Counted from the whole stretch's first letter, positions 38,930-52,482 are shown. The stretch: DNA of 63,635 nucleotides, filler included, from Octopus bimaculoides (GCF_001194135.2; 9 parts of 7 records of this genome joined end to end with filler, not necessarily neighbours in it); one strand, 5' to 3'. Notes: generated by a model not told the origin, from the letters alone. Numbers and translations are program-made.

Positions 38930-40037
38930 TTGGGTAATGAAAATGGCTTCATACAATAATATGTTTATTTATGACTAAATTGCATCCATAGACTCAGATA
39001 ATAGTGAAACACGCGTTGAAAGTTATCAGTGAAAATTTTCATTGACTCAGGCGTGTCACGAAAGTGACGCTTCAGAGAATTCCTATGGTGACCTACCCCA
39101 GAACAACCACGTTGAATGGCCCAGCTCAGAGCAATGGTGTTGAATGGTCACCATCAAATGGGTAGCCCCGTGTCCCTGTTAACTTTCTTCCGTAGTTTTT
39201 AAATCTTTGTGGAAGCATCTGCCCTATTCGTCACTTAGGTCACAAAGTTGGTAGCGAAACGATCCGGGTAGCTATGGAGGTATGCCTCTTGACGTTCATA
39301 TTACAGCCAAGATGACGGAAAGACGAGAGCATGTTTCCTGGTAGTTCAGAGTAGTTATCTGCTTTATGGTTCCCAAGAAAATTTCTTGCAACTAGAATGA
39401 GCGAAGACTACGTATCTACCTCAGAATTGTTCGTTGAATCTTGGAAATATGGATCTTTCATGTCTTCCCTGATTTGTGGCCCGTCGAAAATACCCGCTTT
39501 CAGCTTCTCTATGCTCAGCGCTGGAAATTTCCTGCATATGTGGTCAAAGCAGTCTCCTTCTTTATTCAAAGTCTTCACAAGCTGTTTCATTAAACTTAGT
39601 TTCATGCATAGTGTTGGTAAAAGGATCTTATCTCTGTCAACCAATGTTTAAATTCTTTTCTCCAATGACCATATTTTCTCTCAGACACCATTGTTTTATC
39701 ATCCAGTGCTCATCCTTAGATCAACCATCGCAGAAGCATATGAAGCAAGGTTACTCGATGTACCAACTCCGTACCAACCCGGAGAAAATTCGTCCTCTTA
39801 AAATCCACACAGATTAGCCATTGGTGATCGTGGTATGATATTTTCTGTAAGACCTGGGCGAATGTTTCCTGCTTTCGAGCGACCAACAAGAATTTATCTA
39901 CATTTGTTGCATTACCTCAGAAACTAGAGCTACTCGAAACAAATGAATGCCATATTCTAATTCTATGGCATGAATAAACCAAGAGTCAGGTACCAAACTT
40001 GAGGCACCAAAATGCATCTTTGAATTTGTTCCCAGTG
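38930..40037 (-). mobile_element. DNA transposon remnant, Chapaev3-like (CMC) transposase, internally deleted
   Basis: Minus frames read VLQKISYHDHQWLICVDFK..PCFIC..LVDRDKILLPTLCMKLSLMKQLVK..EKLKAGIFDGPQIR..NFLGNHKADNY..LGCNMNVK..DLSDE*GRCFHKD. Terminus CACTGGGAACAAA at 40037 flanked by TAA. The other end was not located; the superfamily name is from memory. Confidence 0.7.
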
Positions 40038-40114
40038 TAATAATTACTAATTAGCATTTTTTTTTTAATTTAAGAAACCCTGCAATACATACGTTAAACT
40101 AAGATGATTATTGA

Positions 40115-40301
40115 TTTTAGGGTTGGAGTAAATCGATTACAACGACCCCAGTGTTTCACTGGTAGTTATTTTATCGACCATGAAAGGATAAGAGGCAAAG
40201 ACGACTTCAGCGGAATTTCAACACAGAACGTAAAGACGAACGAAATGCCGCAAAGCATTTTGTGCGTCGCGCTTAACGATTCTGTCAGCTCGCCGTGCCT
40301 T
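40115..40301 (-). mobile_element. Family A SINE
   Basis: Same consensus. Further partial copies at about 6551-6648, 13282-13435, 13733-13904, 17118-17175, 41690-41782, 41955-42059, 43421-43588, 43706-43809, 50501-50691 and 52170-52252. Confidence 0.85.
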
Positions 40302-40974
40302 AACCAGCATAGTTACTGATATAATATTTTCTTTCATGGAACTAAAAGTAACATTGAAGAATTTCTTCTCTTCTTATTCCTCCGCCGGCAAAATATGTTT
40401 TTGGAAAACTGATATGGCTGCAAGTCGAATATTTATAACGCTCAAGTTATACTGTCGGAGTTAATACAATAGAAAAATCCCTTTTGTGTAGTTTTAAATT
40501 ACGTAGATTAAATAATAATAATAATTATTATTATTATAATTATTATGATTATTATTATTATCATTATCATTATTATTATTTGCTATGCTGTATTTCAATT
40601 GGTTTACAATATTACAGTCTTACGGAATCCCAATTATATTCCAGGAAACCAAGCAATCGTTTCTTGAAGACGCAATATCTTTGCCATTGTCAGCACATAA
40701 TATCTGATACGAAATCAAAATATTTAAATCTCTCGGATAAATTTTTGAGTACAATAAACAAATAATTAAATAACTAAACATATAAATAATGAAATAAGTA
40801 GATAAATAAATAAAAGTTTTAGAGATTAAGTTAGTGATTGCTTTATGTTAGTTTATTCAAAGCTTCCTGCCTTTATGTTTGTACCAATTAATCCTGTTTA
40901 TATAAAATTGCATAAAATGTTAGTAATTATTTATAATGCATATATGTAGAATTGTGTGCGGCTTGTATGACCGT

Positions 40975-41345
40975 GTGCTTGTGTGTGTGTGTGTGTGTGT
41001 GCTTTTCTGTGGATGCGAGCTTGTGTGTATGCTTGTATATGTGCTTATGTGGGTGTACATGTGTGTGTGTGTGTATGTGTGCCCGTGTGTGTATATGTGT
41101 GCTTTTATGTGGATGCGTGCTTGTGTGTGTGTGTGTGTGCTTCTCTGTGGATGCGAGCTTGTGTGAATGCTTGTATATGTGCTTATGTGGGTGTACATGT
41201 GTGTGTGTGTATGTGGGCCCGTGTGTGTATATGTGTGCTTTTATGTGGATGCGTGCTTGTGTGTGTGTGTGTGTGCTTTTCTGTGGATGCGAGCTTGTGT
41301 GAATGCTTGTATATGTGCTTATGTGGGTGTACATGTGTGTGTGTG
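40975..41345. repeat. Higher-order repeat of about 137 bp built on (TG)n
   Basis: GCTT(T/C)TCTGTGGATGCGAGC recurs at 41001, 41139 and 41275. Confidence 0.9.
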
Positions 41346-41814
41346 TGTGAGTGTCCGTGTGCGTGTATGCTTATGTGTGTGTATGTGTATATGCATATTC
41401 TTGTTTGAGCGTGTTTGTATGTGTATGTGTGTGCGTTTGTAGATATATGTGTGCTTATGTATGTGGCTTGCATATGTGTGTGGGAATGTGCGCGTGTGTG
41501 TATGTATGTATGTAAACATGTATGCTTGTGTGAATGTGCGTATATATATACATATGTGTGTGTGTGTGTGTGTGTGTGTGTCTGCTTAAAACTTTAACGT
41601 CTACCATATAAGTTGTCCTGCGTCTTTCTTTTACTATTAGAGAAAGAATTAGATTAACAAATTAGGTTAAATTACCTCGAGGTAGTTCTGCCGGTTCTTT
41701 ATGCTACGAGTTCAAATCCTGCCGAGGTCAATGTTTGCCTTTCATCCCTACATGGTCGATAAAATAACTTACCAGCACACTGTACCAGTAATACACATAC
41801 ACACACACTAAATT

Positions 41815-41934
41815 TCAGCATGGAAGGTGTTTATAAGCCTTTTAAGAACACACAAAAACCGTTAGATTCACTTCAACATTTAAATTTAATTTGCTAAAAT
41901 ATTTTCGTCGCTTTGAGACCGTTACCTGTTCACT
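41815..41934 (-). mobile_element. Single-arm copy of the 4055-4396 repeat family
   Basis: GGAAGGTGTTTATAAGCC..GATTCACTTCAACATTTAAATTTAATTTG..AAAATATTTTCGTCGCTTTGAGACC..CCTGTTCAC aligns with both arms. Confidence 0.85.
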
Positions 41935-42109
41935 TCACGGACAAATTCCGTGAAGCACGGAATTTTGAAATTTAGGGGGAGGACACTACTTGATTACATG
42001 GACCACAGTGTTTCACTGTGTACTTAATTTATCGACCCAGAAAGGATGAAAGGCAAAGTATATATATATACATATATATACACACACATATATACATATA
42101 TATATACAC

Positions 42110-42158
<49 letters not shown>

Positions 42159-42194
42159 TATAGACACATATATATGCACACACATATATATATA

Positions 42195-42234
<40 letters not shown>

Positions 42235-43224
42235 CAAATACATATATATTGACATATTCAAGCACATGTACATTTTACACACTTACGTATACACACACGC
42301 ACACGCACGCACACACACGCACGCTCGTACTTATTTCTCATTGTTAATCTTTTCCATGTATCCACCTTCTTTCCCAAATACTATTCCTCTCAACAACCTA
42401 AGCGGCCCACATAGAGTATCATATTCAACCTAATTTCCCCCTGAGTCCCCTCCCACATATTTTTACCTTTCAACTCCCTTTAAACAGCCTCCTTAGTTTC
42501 CAGCCTAAATATAACTCCAGACGTGGCAGTCTATAAGAACTCCAGACATACTTCTTTTATATTTTTCATATAGATTTTTTTTATAGCTATTTTTATTATT
42601 TATTTCTCCTATTTACTTTATCTGCTTTGTGTTATTATTGTTTTGTTTTTTTTCACTGATTTTTATCTGTTTTTATTGTTTTTTGTGGTGGTGGGAGGTG
42701 GGGAGTGTTTTTTGGCAATTCTCACAAGTTCTGTGGAACTATATATTTACTTCTGTTTTTATACGATTTTTCCCTATTCGCTCACCCTGCTTGCACACAC
42801 ACACACACACACACACATGCGCGTACACACACGCACGCATTTACGCATAAACACTTATATATACACAAGCATGTGTATGTGTGTATGAGAATGCGTGTGT
42901 GTGGACAAACATAAGGTCTATATATATTTGCATCTATATAGATAAATACATGCACACATATACAGTCATATAGGTACATAATTTATATATATATATATGT
43001 GTGTGATTGTGTGTGTGTGTGTGTGAATATATATATATATATATGGAGGTATGTATGTATATAAAGATAGCTGGGTAGGTAGGTAGGTATACATACATAC
43101 AACACATGCACACAAACATGCATAGTACACACATACCTATATACAGATATATCATGTGCAACATACTATACACATATATATCTACATATATACGTACGTA
43201 CATATCTGCATATATGCGTACGTA

Positions 43225-43320
<96 letters not shown>

Positions 43321-43867
43321 NNNNNNNNNNNNNNNNNNNNNNNNNNNNNNNNNNNNNNNNNNNNTTAATTAATTAANNNNNNNNNNNNNNNNNNNNNNNN
43401 NNNNNNNNNNNNNNNNNNNNATAACGAAATAGGTATTTCATCTGCCGCTACTTTCTGAGTTTAAATTTCGGCGAGGTCGACTTTGCCTTTCATGCTTTCG
43501 GGGGTCGATTGAATAAGTACCAGTTACGCACTGGGGTCGATGAAATCAACTAGACCTCTCACCTTGTTCCTATTGTAGAAAGGATTATGTAAAAGGAAAA
43601 TGATGCATTTATTCAAAATTTCATTTCTTTACAGATAGTTCGGTAGCAATAATAATAGTCAACTACTTCACCAGAAGACTAAAACTAACAAAATGAATTC
43701 CCTCGGCAAAGTCGACCTCGGTGGAATTTGAACTCAGAACGTTAAGATAGACGAAATACCGCTAAGCATTTCGTCCGGCGTGCTAACAATTCTGTCAGCT
43801 TCTCGCCTTGTGATGGATGGATATTGTAGATGCTATGACAGTGAATCTGATGACAAGGGATGTTACG

Positions 43868-45890
43868 GAATGAGTGGTGTAATGGATGAATGTGGTGACT
43901 GATGAATGGAGTAATGGACAACTGTGGTGACTGATGAGTGGAGTAGTGGGTGATGTGGTGCATGTGGTAACAGATGAGTGGAGTGATAGGTGAATGTGGT
44001 GACAAATGAATGGTGTGATGGATGAATGAGGTGACTGATGTGTTGAATGATGGCTGAATGTGGTGACAGATGAGAGGAATGGTGAGAGAATGTTGTGAAT
44101 TTAGTTACAGATGAGTGGTGTAACGGGGTCAGTGGTGTGAAGGACGAATATGGTGACTGATGAATGGATTAATTGATGAATGAGGTGACTGATGAGTAGA
44201 GTGATGGCTGAATGTGCTGATTGATGAGCAGTGTAATGGGTGATGTAGTGAATGTGGTACCAGATGAGTGGAGGGATAAGTGAATGTGATGATAAATGAG
44301 TAGTGTGGTGGATGAACTAAGTGACTGATGAGTGTAGTGAAGACTGAATGTGGTGACAGATGAGTGAAATGATGGATGAATGAGGTGACTTATAAGTGGG
44401 GAGATGGGGGAATGCAGAGAAATGTGAACTGTAGTGACAGATTAATTGAGCACTGGATGAATATGGTCACTGATGAGTGGTGAATGATTGATGTATGNNN
44501 NNNNNNNNNNNNNNNNNNNNNNNNNNNNNNNNNNNNNNNNNNNNNNNNNNNNNNNNNNNNNNNNNNNNNNNNNNNNNNNNNNNNNNNNNNNNNNNNNNNN
44601 NNNNNNNNNNNNNNNNNNNNNNNNNNNNNNNNNNNNNNNNNNNNNNNNNNNNNNNNNNNNNNNNNNNNNNNNNNNNNNNNNNNNNNNNNNNNNNNNNNNN
44701 NNNNNNNNNNNNNNNNNNNNNNNNNNNNNNNNNNNNNNNNNNNNNNNNNNNNNNNNNNNNNNNNNNNNNNNNNNNNNNNNNNNNNNNNNNNNNNNNNNNN
44801 NNNNNNNNNNNNNNNNNNNNNNNNNNNNNNNNNNNNNNNNNNNNNNNNNNNNNNNNNNNNNNNNNNNNNNNNNNNNNNNNNNNNNNNNNNNNNNNNNNNN
44901 NNNNNNNNNNNNNNNNNNNNNNNNNNNNNNNNNNNNNNNNNNNNNNNNNNNNNNNNNNNNNNNNNNNNNNNNNNNNNNNNNNNNNNNNNNNNNNNNNNNN
45001 NNNNNNNNNNNNNNNNNNNNNNNNNNNNNNNNNNNNNNNNNNNNNNNNNNNNNNNNNNNNNNNNNNNNNNNNNNNNNNNNNNNNNNNNNNNNNNNNNNNN
45101 NNNNNNNNNNNNNNNNNNNNNNNNNNNNNNNNNNNNNNNNNNNNNNNNNNNNNNNNNNNNNNNNNNNNNNNNNNNNNNNNNNNNNNNNNNNNNNNNNNNN
45201 NNNNNNNNNNNNNNNNNNNNNNNNNNNNNNNNNNNNNNNNNNNNNNNNNNNNNNNNNNNNNNNNNNNNNNNNNNNNNNNNNNNNNNNNNNNNNNNNNNNN
45301 NNNNNNNNNNNNNNNNNNNNNNNNNNNNNNNNNNNNNNNNNNNNNNNNNNNNNNNNNNNNNNNNNNNNNNGGTGACTGATGTGTTGAATGATGGCTGAAT
45401 GTGGTGACAGATGAGAGGAATGGTGAGAGAATGTTGTGAATTTAGTTACAGATGAGTGGTGTAACGGGGTCAGTGGTGTGAAGGACGAATATGGTGACTG
45501 ATGAATGGATTAATTGATGAATGAGGTGACTGATGAGTAGAGTGATGGCTGAATGTGCTGATTGATGAGCAGTGTAATGGGTGATGTAGTGAATGTGGTA
45601 CCAGATGAGTGGAGGGATAAGTGAATGTGATGATAAATGAGTAGTGTGGTGGATGAACTAAGTGACTGATGAGTGTAGTGAAGACTGAATGTGGTGACAG
45701 ATGAGTGAAATGATGGATGAATGAGGTGACTTATAAGTGGGGAGATGGGGGAATGCAGAGAAATGTGAACTGTAGTGACAGATTAATTGAGCACTGGATG
45801 AATATGGTCACTGATGAGTGGTGAATGATTGATGTATGTGGTGGCTTATGAGTGGAGTAATGTGTGAGAGTGGTGAACGAGGTGACAGAT
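43868..45890. repeat. Degenerate 32-bp minisatellite, consensus GATGAGTGGAGTGATGGATGAATGTGGTGACT
   Basis: Successive units readable from 43868. The + strand is strongly C-poor; the array is interrupted by an N gap. Confidence 0.85.
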
Positions 45891-46135
45891 ATGTATAAAA
45901 CATCATCGTATTTATATGGCGAGGTTTATGAAGTTTAGCACACATAAAAGGTAAGTAGAGTATCTCCACCAGTAACCGACATTTTTTAGTTGTTGAGGTT
46001 GATCATGTTGTTGTTGATGATGTTCGTGCTGTTGTTTCTTGATATTCGTTTAATTTACTACTGATTCTAAAATATGGAATAAATTCCAACCGATGTACCT
46101 ACCTACCTGTGTATCTACTTAGCATATTTATTTAT

Positions 46136-46197
<62 letters not shown>

Positions 46198-48783
46198 GGC
46201 TGGCTGTTGTGTCTAACAGTTTATCAGTCTATTTGTCTATCTCTCAGTCTATCTATTTATCTATCTGTCTACTGATCTATCAATCTATTTATCTATTTGA
46301 TTGTCAGTCTGTCTATCTGCCTGTCTGCCTGTATATCTGTTTATCTATCATTTACCTATGTTTGACTGTCTGTTTATCTTCCACTCAATCAATTTGTTCG
46401 TCTATCTCTTTATGTATCAGTTTTTTTACCTATCTATCTATTTATCTATCTATCAAACTATTCGCCTGTCGACCTATTTGTTTTTCTGTTCATCTAACTG
46501 TATAACTATCTATCTATCTACCGCCGACTTATATCACTCTATCCATCTACCTACCTACTTATATCACTCAATCTATCTACTTACTTATATACCAAACTGT
46601 TTCTTTGTTTATCTAACTATTTAGCTATCTATCAAACAATCAATCTATCTATCAATCTATCTATCAATCAATTCCTCTTTCTGTCTATTCATTCACCTAC
46701 CTACCTACCTACATATTTGTATGTACGTATGTATGTTAAAAAGGAAAGGAAGCTATTAGTTTCATATGTATATAAAACTCATATATTCCCTAGCTTTAAG
46801 CTAAACCTTTATCAGTAATGATCTGATCTAACACATGAGTAGATATTTAATTTTAATAAAAAAAATATTTGATCAAAATGTATTTTTTTAAATACATTTT
46901 AGAGGAAAAATTGAGTTATGGAAAATGTAGTTTCAGAAAATATAGTTTACTAAATGTAAAGAACGAAATAAAATTATACGGGACTGCATAAGATTTTATA
47001 TGGCAATGCATCTGTGTATGTATGCTTCTATGTCTGTGTGTGTATGTATATTTGTGTATATATACTTGTGCTTGTATGTATGTGTGTATNNNNNNNNNNN
47101 NNNNNNNNNNNNNNNNNNNNNNNNNNNNNNNNNNNNNNNNNNNNNNNNNNNNNNNNNNNNNNNNNNNNNNNNNNNNNNNNNNNNNNNNNNNNNNNNNNNN
47201 NNNNNNNNNNNNNNNNNNNNNNNNNNNNNNNNNNNNNNNNNNNNNNNNNNNNNNNNNNNNNNNNNNNNNNNNNNNNNNNNNNNNNNNNNNNNNNNNNNNN
47301 NNNNNNNNNNNNNNNNNNNNNNNNNNNNNNNNNNNNNNNNNNNNNNNNNNNNNNNNNNNNNNNNNNNNNNNNNNNNNNNNNNNNNNNNNNNNNNNNNNNN
47401 NNNNNNNNNNNNNNNNNNNNNNNNNNNNNNNNNNNNNNNNNNNNNNNNNNNNNNNNNNNNNNNNNNNNNNNNNNNNNNNNNNNNNNNNNNNNNNNNNNNN
47501 NNNNNNNNNNNNNNNNNNNNNNNNNNNNNNNNNNNNNNNNNNNNNNNNNNNNNNNNNNNNNNNNNNNNNNNNNNNNNNNNNNNNNNNNNNNNNNNNNNNN
47601 NNNNNNNNNNNNNNNNNNNNNNNNNNNNNNNNNNNNNNNNNNNNNNNNNNNNNNNNNNNNNNNNNNNNNNNNNNNNNNNNNNNNNNNNNNNNNNNNNNNN
47701 NNNNNNNNNNNNNNNNNNNNNNNNNNNNNNNNNNNNNNNNNNNNNNNNNNNNNNNNNNNNNNNNNNNNNNNNNNNNNNNNNNNNNNNNNNNNNNNNNNNN
47801 NNNNNNNNNNNNNNNNNNNNNNNNNNNNNNNNNNNNNNNNNNNNATATGTATGTATGTATATATGTATGTATGTATTACCACAATCACATAACTCAGTTG
47901 AAAGCGAAAAAGTATATTTGACTCGTAATGATTGTCAGTCCGTCTTACGCCGACGGCGCTGCTTCAAGTCCTTTTGGGCGATTGCTATTGTTGTTGTTGT
48001 TGTTGTTGTTGCTGCCGTTATTTTTTGGGTCCAGATCAGCCCTGATCAAGCAAAAGCTTGCTCAAAGGCATTCATTCGAACTTTAATCATTTTGATTTCT
48101 CGGTTTCTTTTGCTTCAAAGCATGGCATATCTGATGGATTCTCGCATCCCTTCGACGAATGCAGTTTCAACAAAACACCGATGCACTGCGTCGGAGTGTG
48201 GAAAACGACTATTACCCTATGGCAGCCAGTATGCAAGGTCAAAGCCCCTTATATAATATCGTCTACTTGTCCTGGAGGTTTCTTCTTTCCCTGTCGCCAC
48301 TAGACTTAACAAGTGTGGTCACTCCGGGTGCTTACAAAATATTCGCCTCGATTTTGAATCCCTTTTTTTCTTTTGTGTATGTGTATATGTGTGTGTGTGT
48401 GTATGTACGTGTGTGTGTGTGTGAGTGTATGTGAGTGTGTGTGAGTGTATGTGTGTGAGTGTGTAAGTGTATGTGTGAGAGAGTGTGTGTGAGTTTGTGT
48501 ATGTATGTATGTATGTTTGTGAGTGTGTGTGAGTGTGAGTATATGTGTGTATGAGTGTACGTATGTGAGTGTGTGTGAGTGTGCGTGTGAGTGTGTGAGT
48601 GTGTGAGTGTGTGAGTGTGTGTATGTCTGTGTGTGTGTTAGCGTGTAACATCTACCTGCCCACCGACGGATCTTTCCCTATCGCCACTAGACTTAACAAG
48701 TTTGTGTATGTGAGTGTTTGTATCTGTGAGTGTGTGTGTGTGTATGTGTGTTAGTGTGTTTGCCTGTATGTGTGTGTATGTAT

Positions 48784-48846
<63 letters not shown>

Positions 48847-48948
48847 NNNNNNNNNNNNNNNNNNNNNNNNNNNNNNNNNNNNNNNNNNNNTTAATTAATT
48901 AANNNNNNNNNNNNNNNNNNNNNNNNNNNNNNNNNNNNNNNNNNNNAT

Positions 48949-48979
<31 letters not shown>

Positions 48980-49561
48980 CATATGTAAGTATATATGTAT
49001 ATACATATATATATATATCAAATTAAATACATAACCAAAAGAGCTACTAATAGTTTCATGCTTTTATGATACTTGAGCAGGCATATTTATAAAATATGCC
49101 AAGTATCTGTGGTATGTCAGCTTTGGCAGAAGTTATTTAAAATTTGCCACTTTACCACTTGGAGATGGTGTGTACGCATTGTGCAGTGCACATGTTAGAG
49201 TCAAACGCCTGCATGAATGACGCCCATGCATTTTGCGTACCGATGGCAACACGAATGATGTAACAGCAGACTATGATAATAAAAATCTTGCTTAATAATA
49301 CAGGTTGTCTAAATACCATGGAGTAGTTGAACTTTACAAACACACACCCTGCTCATGTTTGTTTGTGTGTGTGTGTGTGTATATATATACATGTTTGTAT
49401 GTATGTGTGTGTGTGTATATATATGCATATGTATATATATATGTATATACATGTATATTTATATATATGCATACATATGTGTGTGTGTGTGTCTATATGT
49501 ATGTATGTATGTATGTCTAAATGTATGTGTGTGTGTCTATATGCATGTATACATGCATACA

Positions 49562-49595
<34 letters not shown>

Positions 49596-49714
49596 CATAT
49601 ATGTATATATATATATGCATATATATGTGTATATATACATGTATATGTATATATATCTGTGAGAATGTATGTGTGTATATACATATATATGTGTATATAC
49701 ATATATATGTGTAC

Positions 49715-49750
<36 letters not shown>

Positions 49751-50457
49751 ATATATATNNNNNNNNNNNNNNNNNNNNNNNNNNNNNNNNNNNNNNNNNN
49801 NNNNNNNNNNNNNNNNNNNNNNNNNNNNNNNNNNNNNNNNNNNNNNNNNNNNNNNNNNNNNNNNNNNNNNNNNNNNNNNNNNNNNNNNNNNNNNNNNNNN
49901 NNNNNNNNNNNNNNNNNNNNNNNNNNNNNNNNNNNNNNNNNNNNNNNNNNNNNNNNNNNNNNNNNNNNNNNNNNNNNNNNNNNNNNNNNNNNNNNNNNNN
50001 NNNNNNNNNNNNNNNNNNNNNNNNNNNNNNNNNNNNNNNNNNNNNNNNNNNNNNNNNNNNNNNNNNNNNNNNNNNNNNNNNNNNNNNNNNNNNNNNNNNN
50101 NNNNNNNNNNNNNNNNNNNNNNNNNNNNNNNNNNNNNNNNNNNNNNNNNNNNNNNNNNNNNNNNNNNNNNNNNNNNNNNNNNNNNNNNNNNNNNNNNNNN
50201 NNNNNNNNNNNNNNNNNNNNNNNNNNNNNNNNNNNNNNNNNNNNNNNNNNNNNNNNNNNNNNNNNNNNNNNNNNNNNNNNNNNNNNNNNNNNNNNNNNNN
50301 NNNNNNNNNNNNNNNNNNNNNNNNNNNNNNNNNNNNNNNNNNNNNNNNNNNNNNNNNNNNNNNNNNNNNNNNNNNNNNNNNNNNNNNNNNNNNNNNNNNN
50401 NNNNNNNNNNNNNNNNNNNNNNNNNNNNNNNNCCAGTATTATGACTGGTACTTATGT

Positions 50458-50498
<41 letters not shown>

Positions 50499-50807
50499 GT
50501 TTCGATTTTTTGTCACAAGGCCAGCATTTTTATGGGTAGGGTGTATGTTGATTACATTGGCCAGTATGCATGAGAAGATGAAAGGTGAAGTGGACTTTGG
50601 TGGGATTTGAACTTAGAATGTAAAGAGCTGGACGGTATGCTTCGAAACATTTCGCTGAAGGCACTAAAGACTCTGCCATCATTGCAGCCTTAATAAAAAA
50701 TGGTAATCCCTTTTACTGTAGGCAGAAGACCTAAATTTCGTGGGGAAGGGGTCTGGTTTATAATATTGATAATATATATATATATATAAAGCATAAAATA
50801 TCAGGAA

Positions 50808-51057
50808 GTATGAGAGGTGAATATGTTTATTTAAACACTTGTCATCTTTATGATTACATCTGTTTCGCAGCCTTCAGTGCACTGATTTGTAAACATACAA
50901 TTGTATTGTATAATGCATACCATGCAAATTAGTGCAGACATGTAAGCATAATCTGTTATACACTGAAATTACTATTACAAAAAAAAAAAAGAAAAAAACC
51001 AGCTGCGAAATCGTAAGGATTTATAAGTCGTTTAATGAATATATTCACCTCTTATAC
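50808..51057. mobile_element. Imperfect foldback repeat, Penelope-like, with a degenerate hammerhead relic
   Basis: GTATGAGAGGTGAATATGTTTATTTAAAC..TTTCGCAGC pairs with GCTGCGAAA..GTTTAATGAATATATTCACCTCTTATAC. The minus strand of the left arm reads CTGAAGGCTGCGAAACAGATGTA. Confidence 0.6.
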
Positions 51058-51322
51058 CCCACTGACTTTTTATGGTTTATATGTTCCTTGTGAAATAATT
51101 TCATAGATTAGATCTCCTGGATTTCAGCTGCATAGCACTCTGCATTATACCCCGCCTCATTGGGTTACTTATGTGGTCTGATAGCCAGGTTCCCGTAGAA
51201 GAGCTTCCTGTGGTAGTCATATGATTCTGTGGATCTTATATATTGCACTGCAAATATATACATACATGCATATGTATAAATAAATATATACATACATGCA
51301 TATATATATATATATATATACA

Positions 51323-51397
<75 letters not shown>

Positions 51398-52330
51398 AGT
51401 ATATATTGAGCTCTTAGCTTAGGTAGATGGGGTTTTTTTTTGACACACACACACACACACACTTCAAAAGCAAAAAATAAACAACCTCTAATCTAACCAT
51501 GGTTACTATAGAACTGTGCATAGACATAAAAAAATATGAACTAATATACCTTACATGAAATATTACCCTTCAAAATGTATCCCTAATTTTATGATTTTTT
51601 GCCCTCACCTCTCTGTCTTTCTTTCTTTTTTGTTTTGTCATCTATCTATCTGTCTGTCTGTCTATCTATCTATTTGACTGTCTCTTTTTTTTCTTCTTTG
51701 TTTCAAATTTCAATGAATAAAAAGAAAAAGTTTGATTTTATTTTCATTTCGTTCATTCTTCAATGATAAAAACCCCAAAGATGTTTTATCACACCGATCC
51801 AACGCGGGGAGCCTCTCCGTGCTAGCTAGGCCTGCTAGAAACGGCAGCCAAATCTTTTTACAAATTACACCCCGTTGTCTCGAGAAAGAAACGAACTCAT
51901 TGGAGAATGTATTCTCTCTAGAGATGGGATAGTCACGGGTGGAATCGCTTTGATCGTGAGTGTGTGGTCTGTTGGATCAGAAATCACCTGCGTATGAACA
52001 AGACTACACATTGCACAACGTAGTCGCGGACGCGGTATATCAAAATACAGAGGGGATGGTCATGGTTGGAACGCCTTTGATCACACACAGGCCTGTTGTT
52101 ATTGTGTTAGCTGCAAGTCAACCCCTGGTCAAGGTTACTTAAGAACAAAGACGTTCCAGCCGTGACCTCGGTAAGACGAAAGGTGAAGTTGAACTTGGAA
52201 CGTAAAGCATTGCAAGGTATTCTCTATTCAGCGCTCTAACGATTCTGCCGATTGTCACGGCTGGAACGCCTTTGGAACTCTAAGACAGACAGACAGACAT
52301 ATAAACAAGGTGTTTCCTACTCGCTGGTCT

Positions 52331-52482
52331 CTGTTGGTCACGTGCAACATCGTCTGCTCTTGCCATTTGGTCACGTGATCCATCGCTTGCGCTATTCCGT
52401 TTGGTCACATGCTCTGTAGTCTTCTTTTCCCCACTTAGACACGTGATACGTCGTCTGCTCGGGCAATGTGTTCACGTGATAC
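52331..52482. promoter_or_regulatory. Periodic E-box array (4x CACGTG, 1x CACATG)
   Basis: Cores at 52339, 52372, 52406, 52440 and 52473 (spacing 33, 34, 34, 33). Function is inferred only. Confidence 0.4.

Noticed and set aside
44030-45838. Apparently exact 468-bp direct repeat (44030-44497 and 45371-45838)
   Set aside because: The copies sit directly on either side of an N gap, the typical signature of an unmerged contig overlap.
52331-52482. CRISPR-like repeat-spacer appearance of the E-box array
   Set aside because: The conserved part is only 6-10 bp, the spacers are partly related to each other, the genome is eukaryotic, and no cas genes are present.
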